A stretch of DNA of 64,000 nt from assembly GCF_003334785.1 (NCBI RefSeq), contig NZ_QOWV01000002.1; one strand, given 5' to 3'. Each line of letters opens with the position of its first letter. The first letter of the stretch is position 1. The position numbers were made by a program, and so were the translations under genes. Under the pieces are notes generated by a model. The model had not been told where the DNA came from. It did not search any database and was given only the letters and a program-made list of their open reading frames with translations. Shown piece by piece: positions 32,788-42,137 of the stretch. This DNA comes from Escherichia coli. GTDB taxonomy: Bacteria; Pseudomonadota; Gammaproteobacteria; Enterobacterales; Enterobacteriaceae.

Positions 32788-33918
32788 ATGTTCCAGTTAT
32801 CCGTACAGGACATCCATCCGGGCGAAAAGGCCGGAGACAAAGAAGAGGCGATTCGCCAGGTCGCTGCGGCGCTGGTGCAGGCCGGTAATGTAGCAGAAGG
32901 CTACGTCAATGGCATGCTGGCGCGCGAACAGCAAACCTCAACGTTCCTCGGCAATGGTATTGCTATTCCACACGGCACTACCGACACCCGCGATCAGGTG
33001 CTGAAAACCGGCGTTCAGGTATTTCAGTTCCCGGAAGGCGTCACCTGGGGTGACGGTCAGGTAGCGTACGTGGCAATCGGTATTGCTGCCAGCTCGGATG
33101 AACATCTGGGCCTGCTACGCCAGCTGACCCACGTACTGAGCGATGATTCCGTTGCTGAACAACTGAAGTCAGCAACAACAGCAGAAGAACTTCGCGCATT
33201 ACTGATGGGCGAAAAGCAGAGTGAGCAGCTGAAGCTCGACAACGAAATGCTGACACTGGATATCGTCGCCAGCGATCTGCTGACTCTTCAGGCGCTGAAC
33301 GCTGCGCGTCTGAAAGAGGCGGGGGCAGTTGACGCCACTTTCGTCACCAAAGCCATCAATGAACAACCGCTGAATCTCGGACAGGGTATCTGGCTGAGCG
33401 ATAGCGCCGAAGGCAATCTGCGTAGCGCGATTGCGGTAAGCCGTGCGGCAAATGCTTTTGATGTGGACGGCGAAACGGCAGCCATGCTGGTGAGTGTGGC
33501 GATGAATGACGATCAGCCCATCGCGGTTCTTAAGCGTCTCGCTGATTTATTGCTCGACAATAAAGCTGACCGCTTGCTGAAAGCGGATGCGGCAACGTTG
33601 CTGGCGCTGCTGACCAGCGATGATGCGCCGACCGACGACGTGTTAAGCGCGGAGTTTGTGGTGCGCAATGAACACGGCCTGCATGCTCGTCCAGGTACCA
33701 TGCTGGTCAATACCATTAAACAATTTAACAGTGATATTACCGTGACAAACCTTGATGGTACCGGCAAACCGGCAAACGGACGTAGTCTGATGAAAGTTGT
33801 GGCACTTGGCGTTAAGAAAGGTCATCGCCTACGCTTTACCGCCCAGGGTGCAGATGCTGAACAGGCGCTGAAAGCAATCGGCGACGCTATCGCTGCTGGT
33901 CTTGGGGAGGGCGCATAA
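32788..33918 (+). CDS. fruB: Fructose PTS multiphosphoryl transfer protein FruB (EIIA-Fru / FPr)
   Basis: 376 aa; N-terminal IIA domain and C-terminal HPr-like domain ([11 protein letters not shown]). Confidence 0.95.
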
Positions 33919-34856
33919 TGAGCAGACGTGTTGCTACTATCACCCTTAATCCGGCTTATGACCTTGTTGGTTTCTGCCCGGAAATTGAACGCGGCGAAGT
34001 GAACCTGGTGAAAACCACCGGTCTGCATGCGGCGGGTAAAGGCATCAACGTGGCCAAAGTATTAAAAGACCTGGGAATTGATGTCACCGTTGGCGGCTTC
34101 CTGGGTAAAGACAATCAGGATGGTTTTCAGCAACTGTTCAGCGAGCTGGGCATTGCCAACCGTTTCCAGGTTGTACAGGGGCGCACCCGAATTAACGTTA
34201 AGCTGACGGAAAAAGACGGCGAAGTGACCGACTTCAACTTCTCGGGTTTTGAAGTCACCCCCGCCGACTGGGAACGCTTTGTGACTGATTCTCTGAGCTG
34301 GCTCGGTCAGTTCGATATGGTCTGTGTCAGCGGAAGCTTACCGTCAGGCGTCAGCCCGGAAGCGTTCACCGACTGGATGACTCGCCTGCGTAGTCAGTGT
34401 CCTTGCATTATCTTTGATAGTAGCCGTGAAGCGTTAGTAGCAGGTTTGAAAGCGGCACCGTGGCTGGTGAAACCTAACCGCCGCGAGCTGGAAATCTGGG
34501 CAGGCCGTAAACTGCCTGAAATGAAAGATGTGATTGAAGCTGCACATGCGCTACGTGAACAAGGCATCGCGCATGTTGTTATTTCACTGGGTGCCGAAGG
34601 CGCGCTTTGGGTTAATGCCTCCGGCGAATGGATCGCCAAACCACCGTCAGTCGATGTCGTAAGCACCGTTGGCGCAGGGGATTCTATGGTTGGTGGCCTG
34701 ATTTATGGCTTGCTGATGCGTGAATCCAGTGAACACACACTGCGTCTGGCGACAGCTGTTGCAGCCCTGGCGGTAAGTCAAAGCAATGTGGGTATTACCG
34801 ATCGTCCGCAGTTGGCCGCAATGATGGCGCGCGTCGACTTACAACCTTTTAACTGA
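33918..34856 (+). CDS. fruK: 1-phosphofructokinase FruK
   Basis: 312 aa, PfkB family; ATG overlaps the fruB stop. Confidence 0.95.
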   Translation: MSRRVATITLNPAYDLVGFCPEIERGEVNLVKTTGLHAAGKGINVAKVLKDLGIDVTVGGFLGKDNQDGFQQLFSELGIANRFQVVQGRTRINVKLTEKDGEVTDFNFSGFEVTPADWERFVTDSLSWLGQFDMVCVSGSLPSGVSPEAFTDWMTRLRSQCPCIIFDSSREALVAGLKAAPWLVKPNRRELEIWAGRKLPEMKDVIEAAHALREQGIAHVVISLGAEGALWVNASGEWIAKPPSVDVVSTVGAGDSMVGGLIYGLLMRESSEHTLRLATAVAALAVSQSNVGITDRPQLAAMMARVDLQPFN

Positions 34857-34872
34857 CAGCAGGAGAGGCATA

Positions 34873-36564
34873 ATGAAAACGCTGCTGATTATTGACGCTA
34901 ATCTCGGTCAGGCACGCGCCTATATGGCGAAGACCCTGCTGGGCGCGGCGGCGCGAAAAGCAAAACTGGAAATCATCGACAATCCGAACGACGCTGAAAT
35001 GGCGATTGTTCTCGGTGATTCCATCCCGAACGACAGCGCGCTGAACGGTAAAAATGTCTGGCTGGGCGATATTTCCCGGGCAGTTGCGCACCCTGAGCTG
35101 TTCCTGAGTGAAGCCAAAGGCCATGCGAAACCTTACACTGCGCCGGTCGCTGCGACAGCACCAGTTGCCGCCAGCGGTCCGAAACGCGTAGTTGCGGTGA
35201 CTGCTTGCCCGACTGGCGTAGCACACACCTTTATGGCGGCTGAAGCCATTGAAACCGAAGCGAAAAAACGTGGCTGGTGGGTGAAAGTTGAAACCCGTGG
35301 TTCTGTTGGCGCGGGTAATGCAATCACTCCCGAAGAAGTCGCAGCAGCGGATCTGGTGATTGTGGCGGCAGATATCGAAGTGGATCTGGCGAAATTTGCT
35401 GGTAAACCGATGTATCGTACCTCTACCGGTCTGGCGCTGAAGAAAACCGCGCAGGAACTGGATAAAGCGGTTGCTGAAGCAACGCCGTATGAACCGGCGG
35501 GCAAAGCTCAAACGGCGACCACTGAAAGTAAGAAAGAGAGTGCAGGCGCATACCGTCACTTGCTGACGGGCGTTTCTTACATGCTGCCGATGGTCGTTGC
35601 AGGTGGTCTGTGTATCGCGCTTTCTTTTGCTTTTGGTATCGAAGCGTTTAAAGAGCCGGGTACGTTGGCTGCGGCGCTGATGCAGATTGGTGGTGGTTCA
35701 GCCTTTGCGCTGATGGTGCCGGTACTGGCAGGTTATATTGCCTTTTCCATTGCCGATCGTCCGGGCCTCACTCCGGGTCTGATTGGCGGTATGCTGGCGG
35801 TCAGCACCGGTTCTGGCTTCATTGGTGGTATTATTGCGGGCTTCCTGGCTGGTTACATTGCGAAGTTAATCAGTACGCAATTGAAACTGCCACAGAGTAT
35901 GGAGGCGCTGAAACCGATCCTGATCATTCCGCTAATTTCCAGTCTGGTGGTCGGTCTGGCGATGATCTACCTGATCGGTAAACCAGTTGCTGGCATTCTC
36001 GAAGGGCTGACTCACTGGCTGCAGACCATGGGGACTGCGAATGCGGTTCTGCTGGGGGCGATCCTCGGTGGCATGATGTGTACTGACATGGGCGGTCCGG
36101 TAAACAAAGCAGCGTACGCATTCGGTGTGGGTCTGCTGAGTACTCAAACCTATGGCCCGATGGCGGCGATTATGGCGGCAGGTATGGTGCCACCGCTGGC
36201 AATGGGTCTGGCAACAATGGTGGCGCGTCGCAAATTCGACAAAGCGCAGCAGGAAGGTGGCAAAGCCGCTCTGGTATTGGGACTGTGCTTCATTTCGGAA
36301 GGTGCAATTCCGTTTGCTGCTCGTGATCCGATGCGTGTGCTGCCGTGCTGTATCGTGGGTGGGGCGCTGACTGGCGCAATCTCAATGGCGATTGGTGCGA
36401 AACTGATGGCACCGCACGGTGGTCTGTTTGTTCTGCTGATCCCTGGCGCTATTACGCCGGTATTGGGTTACCTGGTAGCAATTATTGCCGGTACGCTGGT
36501 GGCGGGTTTGGCCTATGCCTTCCTGAAACGTCCGGAAGTGGACGCAGTAGCGAAAGCAGCGTAA
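34873..36564 (+). CDS. fruA: Fructose PTS EIIB'BC component FruA
   Basis: 563 aa; IIB domain with CPTGVAHT motif plus polytopic IIC domain. Confidence 0.95.
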   Translation: MKTLLIIDANLGQARAYMAKTLLGAAARKAKLEIIDNPNDAEMAIVLGDSIPNDSALNGKNVWLGDISRAVAHPELFLSEAKGHAKPYTAPVAATAPVAASGPKRVVAVTACPTGVAHTFMAAEAIETEAKKRGWWVKVETRGSVGAGNAITPEEVAAADLVIVAADIEVDLAKFAGKPMYRTSTGLALKKTAQELDKAVAEATPYEPAGKAQTATTESKKESAGAYRHLLTGVSYMLPMVVAGGLCIALSFAFGIEAFKEPGTLAAALMQIGGGSAFALMVPVLAGYIAFSIADRPGLTPGLIGGMLAVSTGSGFIGGIIAGFLAGYIAKLISTQLKLPQSMEALKPILIIPLISSLVVGLAMIYLIGKPVAGILEGLTHWLQTMGTANAVLLGAILGGMMCTDMGGPVNKAAYAFGVGLLSTQTYGPMAAIMAAGMVPPLAMGLATMVARRKFDKAQQEGGKAALVLGLCFISEGAIPFAARDPMRVLPCCIVGGALTGAISMAIGAKLMAPHGGLFVLLIPGAITPVLGYLVAIIAGTLVAGLAYAFLKRPEVDAVAKAA

Positions 36565-36574
36565 TAAAAGGTGT

Positions 36575-36605
36575 GTTACAGGGCAGAAATTTCCTGTCCT
36601 GTAAC
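36575..36605 (+). terminator. Hairpin downstream of fruA (weak T-tract)
   Basis: gttacagggcag...ctgtcctgtaac, roughly 11-bp imperfect stem; followed by attt only. Confidence 0.35.
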
Positions 36606-36986
36606 ATTTGATGAGCGCAAAGAGAATGACCGGTTTGTGAATGTAATTTTATGAATTTAAATGGTTTTATCTTTCAGTAGAAACTTCAAACGTTCATCAA
36701 ACACTCAGGTTATTTCCTCAAGGGCAGATTATTTTCTGCCCTTTTTTATTGTTCTGTTCTGTGCATCCCGTCACAAATTCCTCGCTTTTGTAATTCAGGC
36801 ATTTAATCGCATTTTGTGAGCCTGCTCAAATCTGCCCATTTTGCCTCTCTGGCGGTAATTTACTTTACGTAAAACATGCATACTATGAGCACATGTTTAA
36901 ATATGAACACATGTTTAAACCGTCTTTGCAGTATCTATATTCTTGTGGATTGACAGGGTTGGTAATTTTTTACCAGAGGACGTGCT

Positions 36987-37928
36987 ATGCGCGAAAAGGA
37001 TTATGTCGTAATTATAGGTTCGGCGAATATTGATGTCGCCGGATATTCACATGAATCATTAAATTATGCGGATTCAAATCCAGGTAAAATAAAATTTACG
37101 CCTGGTGGAGTAGGGCGCAATATTGCACAAAACCTGGCGTTGCTGGGTAACAAAGCCTGGCTACTGAGCGCCGTAGGCAGTGATTTTTATGGTCAATCGC
37201 TGCTAACGCAAACCAATCAATCTGGCGTTTATGTCGATAAATGCCTGATTGTGCCGGGAGAAAATACGTCGAGTTATTTATCATTACTCGATAATACCGG
37301 TGAAATGCTGGTTGCTATAAATGACATGAATATTAGCAACGCTATTACAGCTGAATATCTCGCACAGCACGGTGAATTTATTCAGAGGGCAAAGGTCATT
37401 GTCGCGGACTGTAATATCAGTGAAGAGGCACTGGCATGGATTCTGGATAATGCCGCCAACGTACCCGTATTTGTCGATCCGGTTTCGGCATGGAAATGTG
37501 TCAAAGTGCGCGACCGTCTAAATCAGATCCACACTCTCAAGCCAAACCGCCTTGAAGCGGAAACCCTGAGTGGGATTGCGCTGTCAGGGCGTGAAGATGT
37601 GGCAAAAGTTGCTGCCTGGTTCCATCAACATGGCCTGAACCGACTGGTATTGAGCATGGGCGGCGACGGCGTTTATTACAGCGATATCAGCGGTGAAAGT
37701 GGCTGGTCTGCGCCGATCAAAACCAATGTTATTAATGTTACCGGAGCGGGCGATGCCATGATGGCGGGACTTGCTTCGTGTTGGGTAGACGGAATGCCGT
37801 TTGCCGAATCTGTTCGTTTCGCACAGGGATGTTCGTCAATGGCGCTCTCCTGTGAATACACCAATAACCCCGATTTATCGATTGCCAACGTTATATCGTT
37901 AGTGGAGAACGCAGAATGTCTGAATTAA
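36987..37928 (+). CDS. psuK: Pseudouridine kinase PsuK (YeiC), PfkB family
   Basis: 313 aa, MREKDYVVIIGSANIDVAG...GGVGRNIAQNLALLG... Confidence 0.93.
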   Translation: MREKDYVVIIGSANIDVAGYSHESLNYADSNPGKIKFTPGGVGRNIAQNLALLGNKAWLLSAVGSDFYGQSLLTQTNQSGVYVDKCLIVPGENTSSYLSLLDNTGEMLVAINDMNISNAITAEYLAQHGEFIQRAKVIVADCNISEEALAWILDNAANVPVFVDPVSAWKCVKVRDRLNQIHTLKPNRLEAETLSGIALSGREDVAKVAAWFHQHGLNRLVLSMGGDGVYYSDISGESGWSAPIKTNVINVTGAGDAMMAGLASCWVDGMPFAESVRFAQGCSSMALSCEYTNNPDLSIANVISLVENAECLN

Positions 37929-38854
37929 AAATTTCCCCTGAATTATTACAAATTTCCCCGGAAGTGCAGGACGCTTTAAAAAACAAAAAACCGGTTGTGG
38001 CGCTGGAATCGACCATTATTTCTCACGGGATGCCGTTCCCACAAAATGCCCAGACCGCAATTGAAGTTGAAGAAACTATTCGTAAACAGGGCGCTGTACC
38101 TGCCACGATCGCCATTATTGGCGGCGTGATGAAAGTGGGGTTAAGCAAAGAAGAAATTGAATTACTGGGTCGTGAAGGGCATAACGTGACCAAAGTTAGT
38201 CGTCGCGATTTACCTTTTGTTGTTGCCGCCGGAAAAAATGGCGCAACCACTGTGGCTTCAACGATGATTATTGCGGCGCTTGCCGGAATTAAAGTATTTG
38301 CCACCGGGGGAATTGGTGGTGTGCATCGCGGGGCGGAACATACCTTCGATATTTCTGCCGATTTGCAAGAACTGGCAAATACTAATGTCACCGTTGTTTG
38401 TGCCGGGGCGAAATCTATTCTCGATTTAGGATTAACCACTGAGTATTTAGAAACCTTCGGTGTGCCGTTAATTGGCTATCAGACTAAAGCGCTGCCTGCG
38501 TTTTTCTGCCGCACCAGCCCGTTTGACGTCAGCATTCGTCTCGACAGCGCCAGCGAAATTGCCCGTGCAATGGCGGTGAAATGGCAAAGCGGTCTGAACG
38601 GTGGCCTCGTGGTAGCGAACCCGATCCCGGAACAGTTTGCTATGCCGGAACACACTATCAATGCGGCGATCGATCAGGCGGTAGCTGAAGCTGAAGCTCA
38701 GGGAGTCATTGGTAAAGAAAGTACGCCATTCCTGCTGGCGCGCGTTGCTGAACTGACCGGCGGTGACAGCCTGAAATCCAACATCCAGCTGGTGTTCAAC
38801 AACGCCATTCTGGCGAGCGAAATTGCCAAAGAATATCAGCGTCTCGCGGGTTAA
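37916..38854 (+). CDS. psuG: Pseudouridine-5'-phosphate glycosidase PsuG (YeiN)
   Basis: 312 aa, MSELKISPELLQISPEVQDALKNKKPVVALESTIISHGMP...; 13-nt overlap with psuK. Confidence 0.93.
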   Translation: MSELKISPELLQISPEVQDALKNKKPVVALESTIISHGMPFPQNAQTAIEVEETIRKQGAVPATIAIIGGVMKVGLSKEEIELLGREGHNVTKVSRRDLPFVVAAGKNGATTVASTMIIAALAGIKVFATGGIGGVHRGAEHTFDISADLQELANTNVTVVCAGAKSILDLGLTTEYLETFGVPLIGYQTKALPAFFCRTSPFDVSIRLDSASEIARAMAVKWQSGLNGGLVVANPIPEQFAMPEHTINAAIDQAVAEAEAQGVIGKESTPFLLARVAELTGGDSLKSNIQLVFNNAILASEIAKEYQRLAG

Positions 38855-38947
38855 TTTCTGACGGGCAGAAAGCCGTCGCCCGTACTCATCAAGCATACCA
38901 AAACCTGGCGCTGACGCCGGGTTTACCGGCATGAAGGGAAAATCATT

Positions 38948-40198
38948 ATGGATATAATGAGAAGTGTTGTGGGGATGGTGGTGTTACTGGCAATAGCATT
39001 TCTGTTGTCAGTGAATAAAAAGAGCATCAGTTTGCGCACGGTTGGAGCCGCACTGCTGCTGCAAATCGCTATTGGTGGCATCATGCTCTACTTCCCACCG
39101 GGAAAATGGGCAGTAGAACAGGCGGCATTAGGCGTTCATAAAGTGATGTCTTACAGTGATGCCGGTAGCGCCTTCATTTTTGGTTCGCTGGTTGGGCCGA
39201 AAATGGATGTCCTGTTTGACGGTGCGGGTTTTATCTTCGCCTTTCGCGTACTTCCGGCGATTATTTTCGTTACTGCGCTCATCAGTCTGCTGTACTACAT
39301 TGGCGTGATGGGGCTGCTGATTCGCATCCTTGGCAGCATTTTCCAGAAAGCCCTCAACATCAGCAAAATCGAATCTTTTGTTGCGGTTACTACTATTTTC
39401 CTCGGGCAAAATGAGATCCCGGCGATCGTTAAACCGTTTATCGATCGCATGAATCGCAACGAGTTGTTTACCGCAATTTGTAGCGGGATGGCGTCCATTG
39501 CTGGTTCGATGATGATTGGTTATGCCGGAATGGGCGTACCAATTGACTACCTGTTAGCGGCATCGCTGATGGCGATCCCTGGCGGGATTTTGTTTGCACG
39601 TATTCTTAGCCCGGCAACCGAGCCTTCGCAGGTCACATTTGAAAATCTGTCGTTCAGCGAAACGCCGCCAAAAAGCTTTATCGAAGCGGCGGCGAGCGGT
39701 GCGATGACCGGGCTAAAAATCGCCGCTGGTGTGGCGACGGTGGTAATGGCGTTTGTCGCAATTATTGCGCTGATCAACGGCATTATCGGCGGAATTGGCG
39801 GCTGGTTTGGTTTCGCCAATGCCTCTCTGGAAAGTATTTTTGGCTATGTGCTGGCACCGCTGGCGTGGATCATGGGTGTGGACTGGAGTGATGCCAATCT
39901 TGCGGGTAGCCTGATTGGGCAGAAACTGGCGATTAACGAATTCGTCGCTTACCTGAGTTTCTCCCCATACCTGCAAACGGGCGGCACGCTGGAAGTGAAA
40001 ACCATTGCGATTATCTCCTTTGCGCTTTGTGGTTTTGCTAACTTTGGTTCTATCGGTGTTGTCGTTGGCGCATTTTCGGCTATTTCGCCAAAACGCGCGC
40101 CGGAAATCGCCCAGCTTGGTTTACGGGCGCTGGCAGCAGCAACGCTTTCCAACCTGATGAGTGCGACTATTGCCGGGTTCTTTATTGGTCTGGCGTAA
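38948..40198 (+). CDS. psuT: NupC-family nucleoside transporter PsuT (YeiM)
   Basis: 416 aa, close paralog of the nupX product at 42138-43388. Confidence 0.92.
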   Translation: MDIMRSVVGMVVLLAIAFLLSVNKKSISLRTVGAALLLQIAIGGIMLYFPPGKWAVEQAALGVHKVMSYSDAGSAFIFGSLVGPKMDVLFDGAGFIFAFRVLPAIIFVTALISLLYYIGVMGLLIRILGSIFQKALNISKIESFVAVTTIFLGQNEIPAIVKPFIDRMNRNELFTAICSGMASIAGSMMIGYAGMGVPIDYLLAASLMAIPGGILFARILSPATEPSQVTFENLSFSETPPKSFIEAAASGAMTGLKIAAGVATVVMAFVAIIALINGIIGGIGGWFGFANASLESIFGYVLAPLAWIMGVDWSDANLAGSLIGQKLAINEFVAYLSFSPYLQTGGTLEVKTIAIISFALCGFANFGSIGVVVGAFSAISPKRAPEIAQLGLRALAAATLSNLMSATIAGFFIGLA

Positions 40199-40207
40199 TG
40201 CTCGATT

Positions 40208-40246
40208 TGTAGACCGGATAAAACGTATTAAGCGTTGCATCCGGCA
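40208..40246. repeat. REP element between psuT and yeiL
   Basis: gtagaccggataaaacgtattaagcgttgcatccggcaa. Confidence 0.7.
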
Positions 40247-40268
40247 ATCGCGCTATTGAAAATAATTT

Positions 40269-40928
40269 TTACTGCATCATCCCGGAGAATTTATTCTCCG
40301 GGTCCATCTCCAGCGCCAGTCCTGACAACTGCTTTCTGTTTTTAATGAGATATCCTTTCTTGCTTTTAATTAATAAACCGTCGTGAATGAACTGCGCGAG
40401 AACATATAAAAGATGTCGATAAGAAACGCCTAAATACTCTGCCGCTTGCGTATGCTTTTCGTGATAAAGATCACCTTCCTGCGAGAGTAATATAAATGCT
40501 GCCAGGCGATTCACTAACGGAAATGATTGATTCTGAGTTAAAGAAACAATATTACGATAATTTTTATGACTTAAGGTGACGCAGAGTTTTCGTAAAAATA
40601 GCGTGTCGTTTAATAACAGCGGACGGTAATGTTTCATAGGGAGCGCAAGGCACCAACACTCTTCAATAGCCTGCACCGCACGCGGTTCATGGTCTTTATC
40701 GATTAACTCAATCTCGCCAATAAAACAGGGGGCGGCAAAGAAATCGATCAGCGACACGCGACCATTAGCTAGCGTGGCGTAAAGCCTGGCGCGGCCTCGC
40801 GTCAGGTAAAACAGCCAGGACGGCTGTTGCCCTTCCTGCACAATGTAGTCACGCGCTAAAAAATGAAACAGCCGCGTATCGGCTGAAACATCCGTTAAAA
40901 AGCAATCCTTAAACGCGGATTCACTCAT
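40269..40928 (-). CDS. yeiL: Crp/Fnr-family transcriptional regulator YeiL
   Basis: 219 aa from the ATG at 40928 ([11 protein letters not shown]...); cNMP-binding-like domain plus C-terminal HTH; track ORF starts 13 codons upstream. Confidence 0.88.
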
Positions 40929-41096
40929 CAATTGCTGCTTAAGATCATTATTGTGGATTTCTTTCACGATGTTTATCCGCTATGAGATTTCTCATATTTA
41001 GCATACGTACGCTGTTGTTAAGATTCAATCATCGGCCCGGTCGAATTTTCTTTGCTGTAGAAAAAATAACGCAACTGGAAACAGAGGAAATAAACA

Positions 41097-42038
41097 ATGG
41101 AAAAGAGAAAAATTATTCTGGATTGTGATCCGGGTCATGATGATGCTATTGCTATAATGATGGCGGCGAAACATCCGGCAATAGATTTATTAGGCATCAC
41201 TATTGTAGCGGGTAATCAGACGCTTGATAAAACATTAATTAATGGCCTGAATGTTTGCCAGAAACTGGAGATTAATGTTCCGGTTTATGCGGGGATGCCG
41301 CAGCCCATTATGCGTCAACAAATCGTTGCCGATAATATTCACGGTGAAACCGGACTGGATGGCCCGGTATTCGAGCCGCTGACCCGCCAGGCAGAAAGCA
41401 CTCATGCGGTGAAATATATCATTGATACCCTGATGGCAAGCGATGGCGATATCACTCTGGTGCCGGTTGGTCCGCTTTCAAATATCGCGGTGGCAATGCG
41501 TATGCAACCCGCGATCCTGCCCAAAATCCGTGAAATTGTGCTAATGGGCGGCGCTTACGGTACAGGCAACTTCACGCCATCTGCCGAGTTCAACATCTTT
41601 GCCGACCCGGAAGCCGCACGCGTAGTGTTCACCTCCGGCGTTCCATTAGTGATGATGGGCCTCGATCTCACCAACCAGACCGTTTGCACCCCGGACGTGA
41701 TTGCTCGGATGGAAAGGGCAGGCGGCCCCGCCGGAGAGCTGTTCAGCGACATCATGAACTTCACTCTCAAAACGCAGTTCGAAAACTACGGCCTTGCTGG
41801 CGGCCCGGTGCACGACGCCACCTGCATCGGTTATCTGATTAACCCTGATGGCATTAAAACCCAGGAGATGTACGTCGAAGTGGACGTCAACAGTGGCCCT
41901 TGCTATGGGCGTACCGTCTGCGACGAGCTGGGCGTTCTTGGCAAGCCCGCCAATACCAAAGTCGGCATCACTATTGATACAGACTGGTTCTGGGGATTAG
42001 TCGAAGAGTGCGTGCGCGGCTACATCAAAACCCATTAA
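41097..42038 (+). CDS. rihB: Pyrimidine-specific ribonucleoside hydrolase RihB (YeiK)
   Basis: 313 aa with IU-NH family N-terminal motif [11 protein letters not shown]. Confidence 0.95.
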   Translation: MEKRKIILDCDPGHDDAIAIMMAAKHPAIDLLGITIVAGNQTLDKTLINGLNVCQKLEINVPVYAGMPQPIMRQQIVADNIHGETGLDGPVFEPLTRQAESTHAVKYIIDTLMASDGDITLVPVGPLSNIAVAMRMQPAILPKIREIVLMGGAYGTGNFTPSAEFNIFADPEAARVVFTSGVPLVMMGLDLTNQTVCTPDVIARMERAGGPAGELFSDIMNFTLKTQFENYGLAGGPVHDATCIGYLINPDGIKTQEMYVEVDVNSGPCYGRTVCDELGVLGKPANTKVGITIDTDWFWGLVEECVRGYIKTH

Positions 42039-42137
42039 GTGTTGATAACAAGCCGGGCCGGTATCGCAAGATGCAGGCCTGGCTATTTCTGATGGGCAGA
42101 AAGCCGTCGCCCAATATGACATGAAGAGATAATCACT

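Noticed and set aside
32660-32893. 77-aa ORF starting with GTG inside the fruB promoter region and running into fruB in another frame
   Set aside because: It begins within the Cra operator region, uses an alternative start with no convincing RBS, and overlaps the fruB start. More likely promoter or leader sequence than a gene.
36575-36986. Possible small RNA or small ORF in the 420-bp fruA-psuK intergenic region
   Set aside because: No promoter-plus-terminator pair delimits a discrete transcript and no conserved small ORF with an RBS is visible. The only clear signals are the fruA hairpin and the phased ACATG repeats, reported as a regulatory finding instead.
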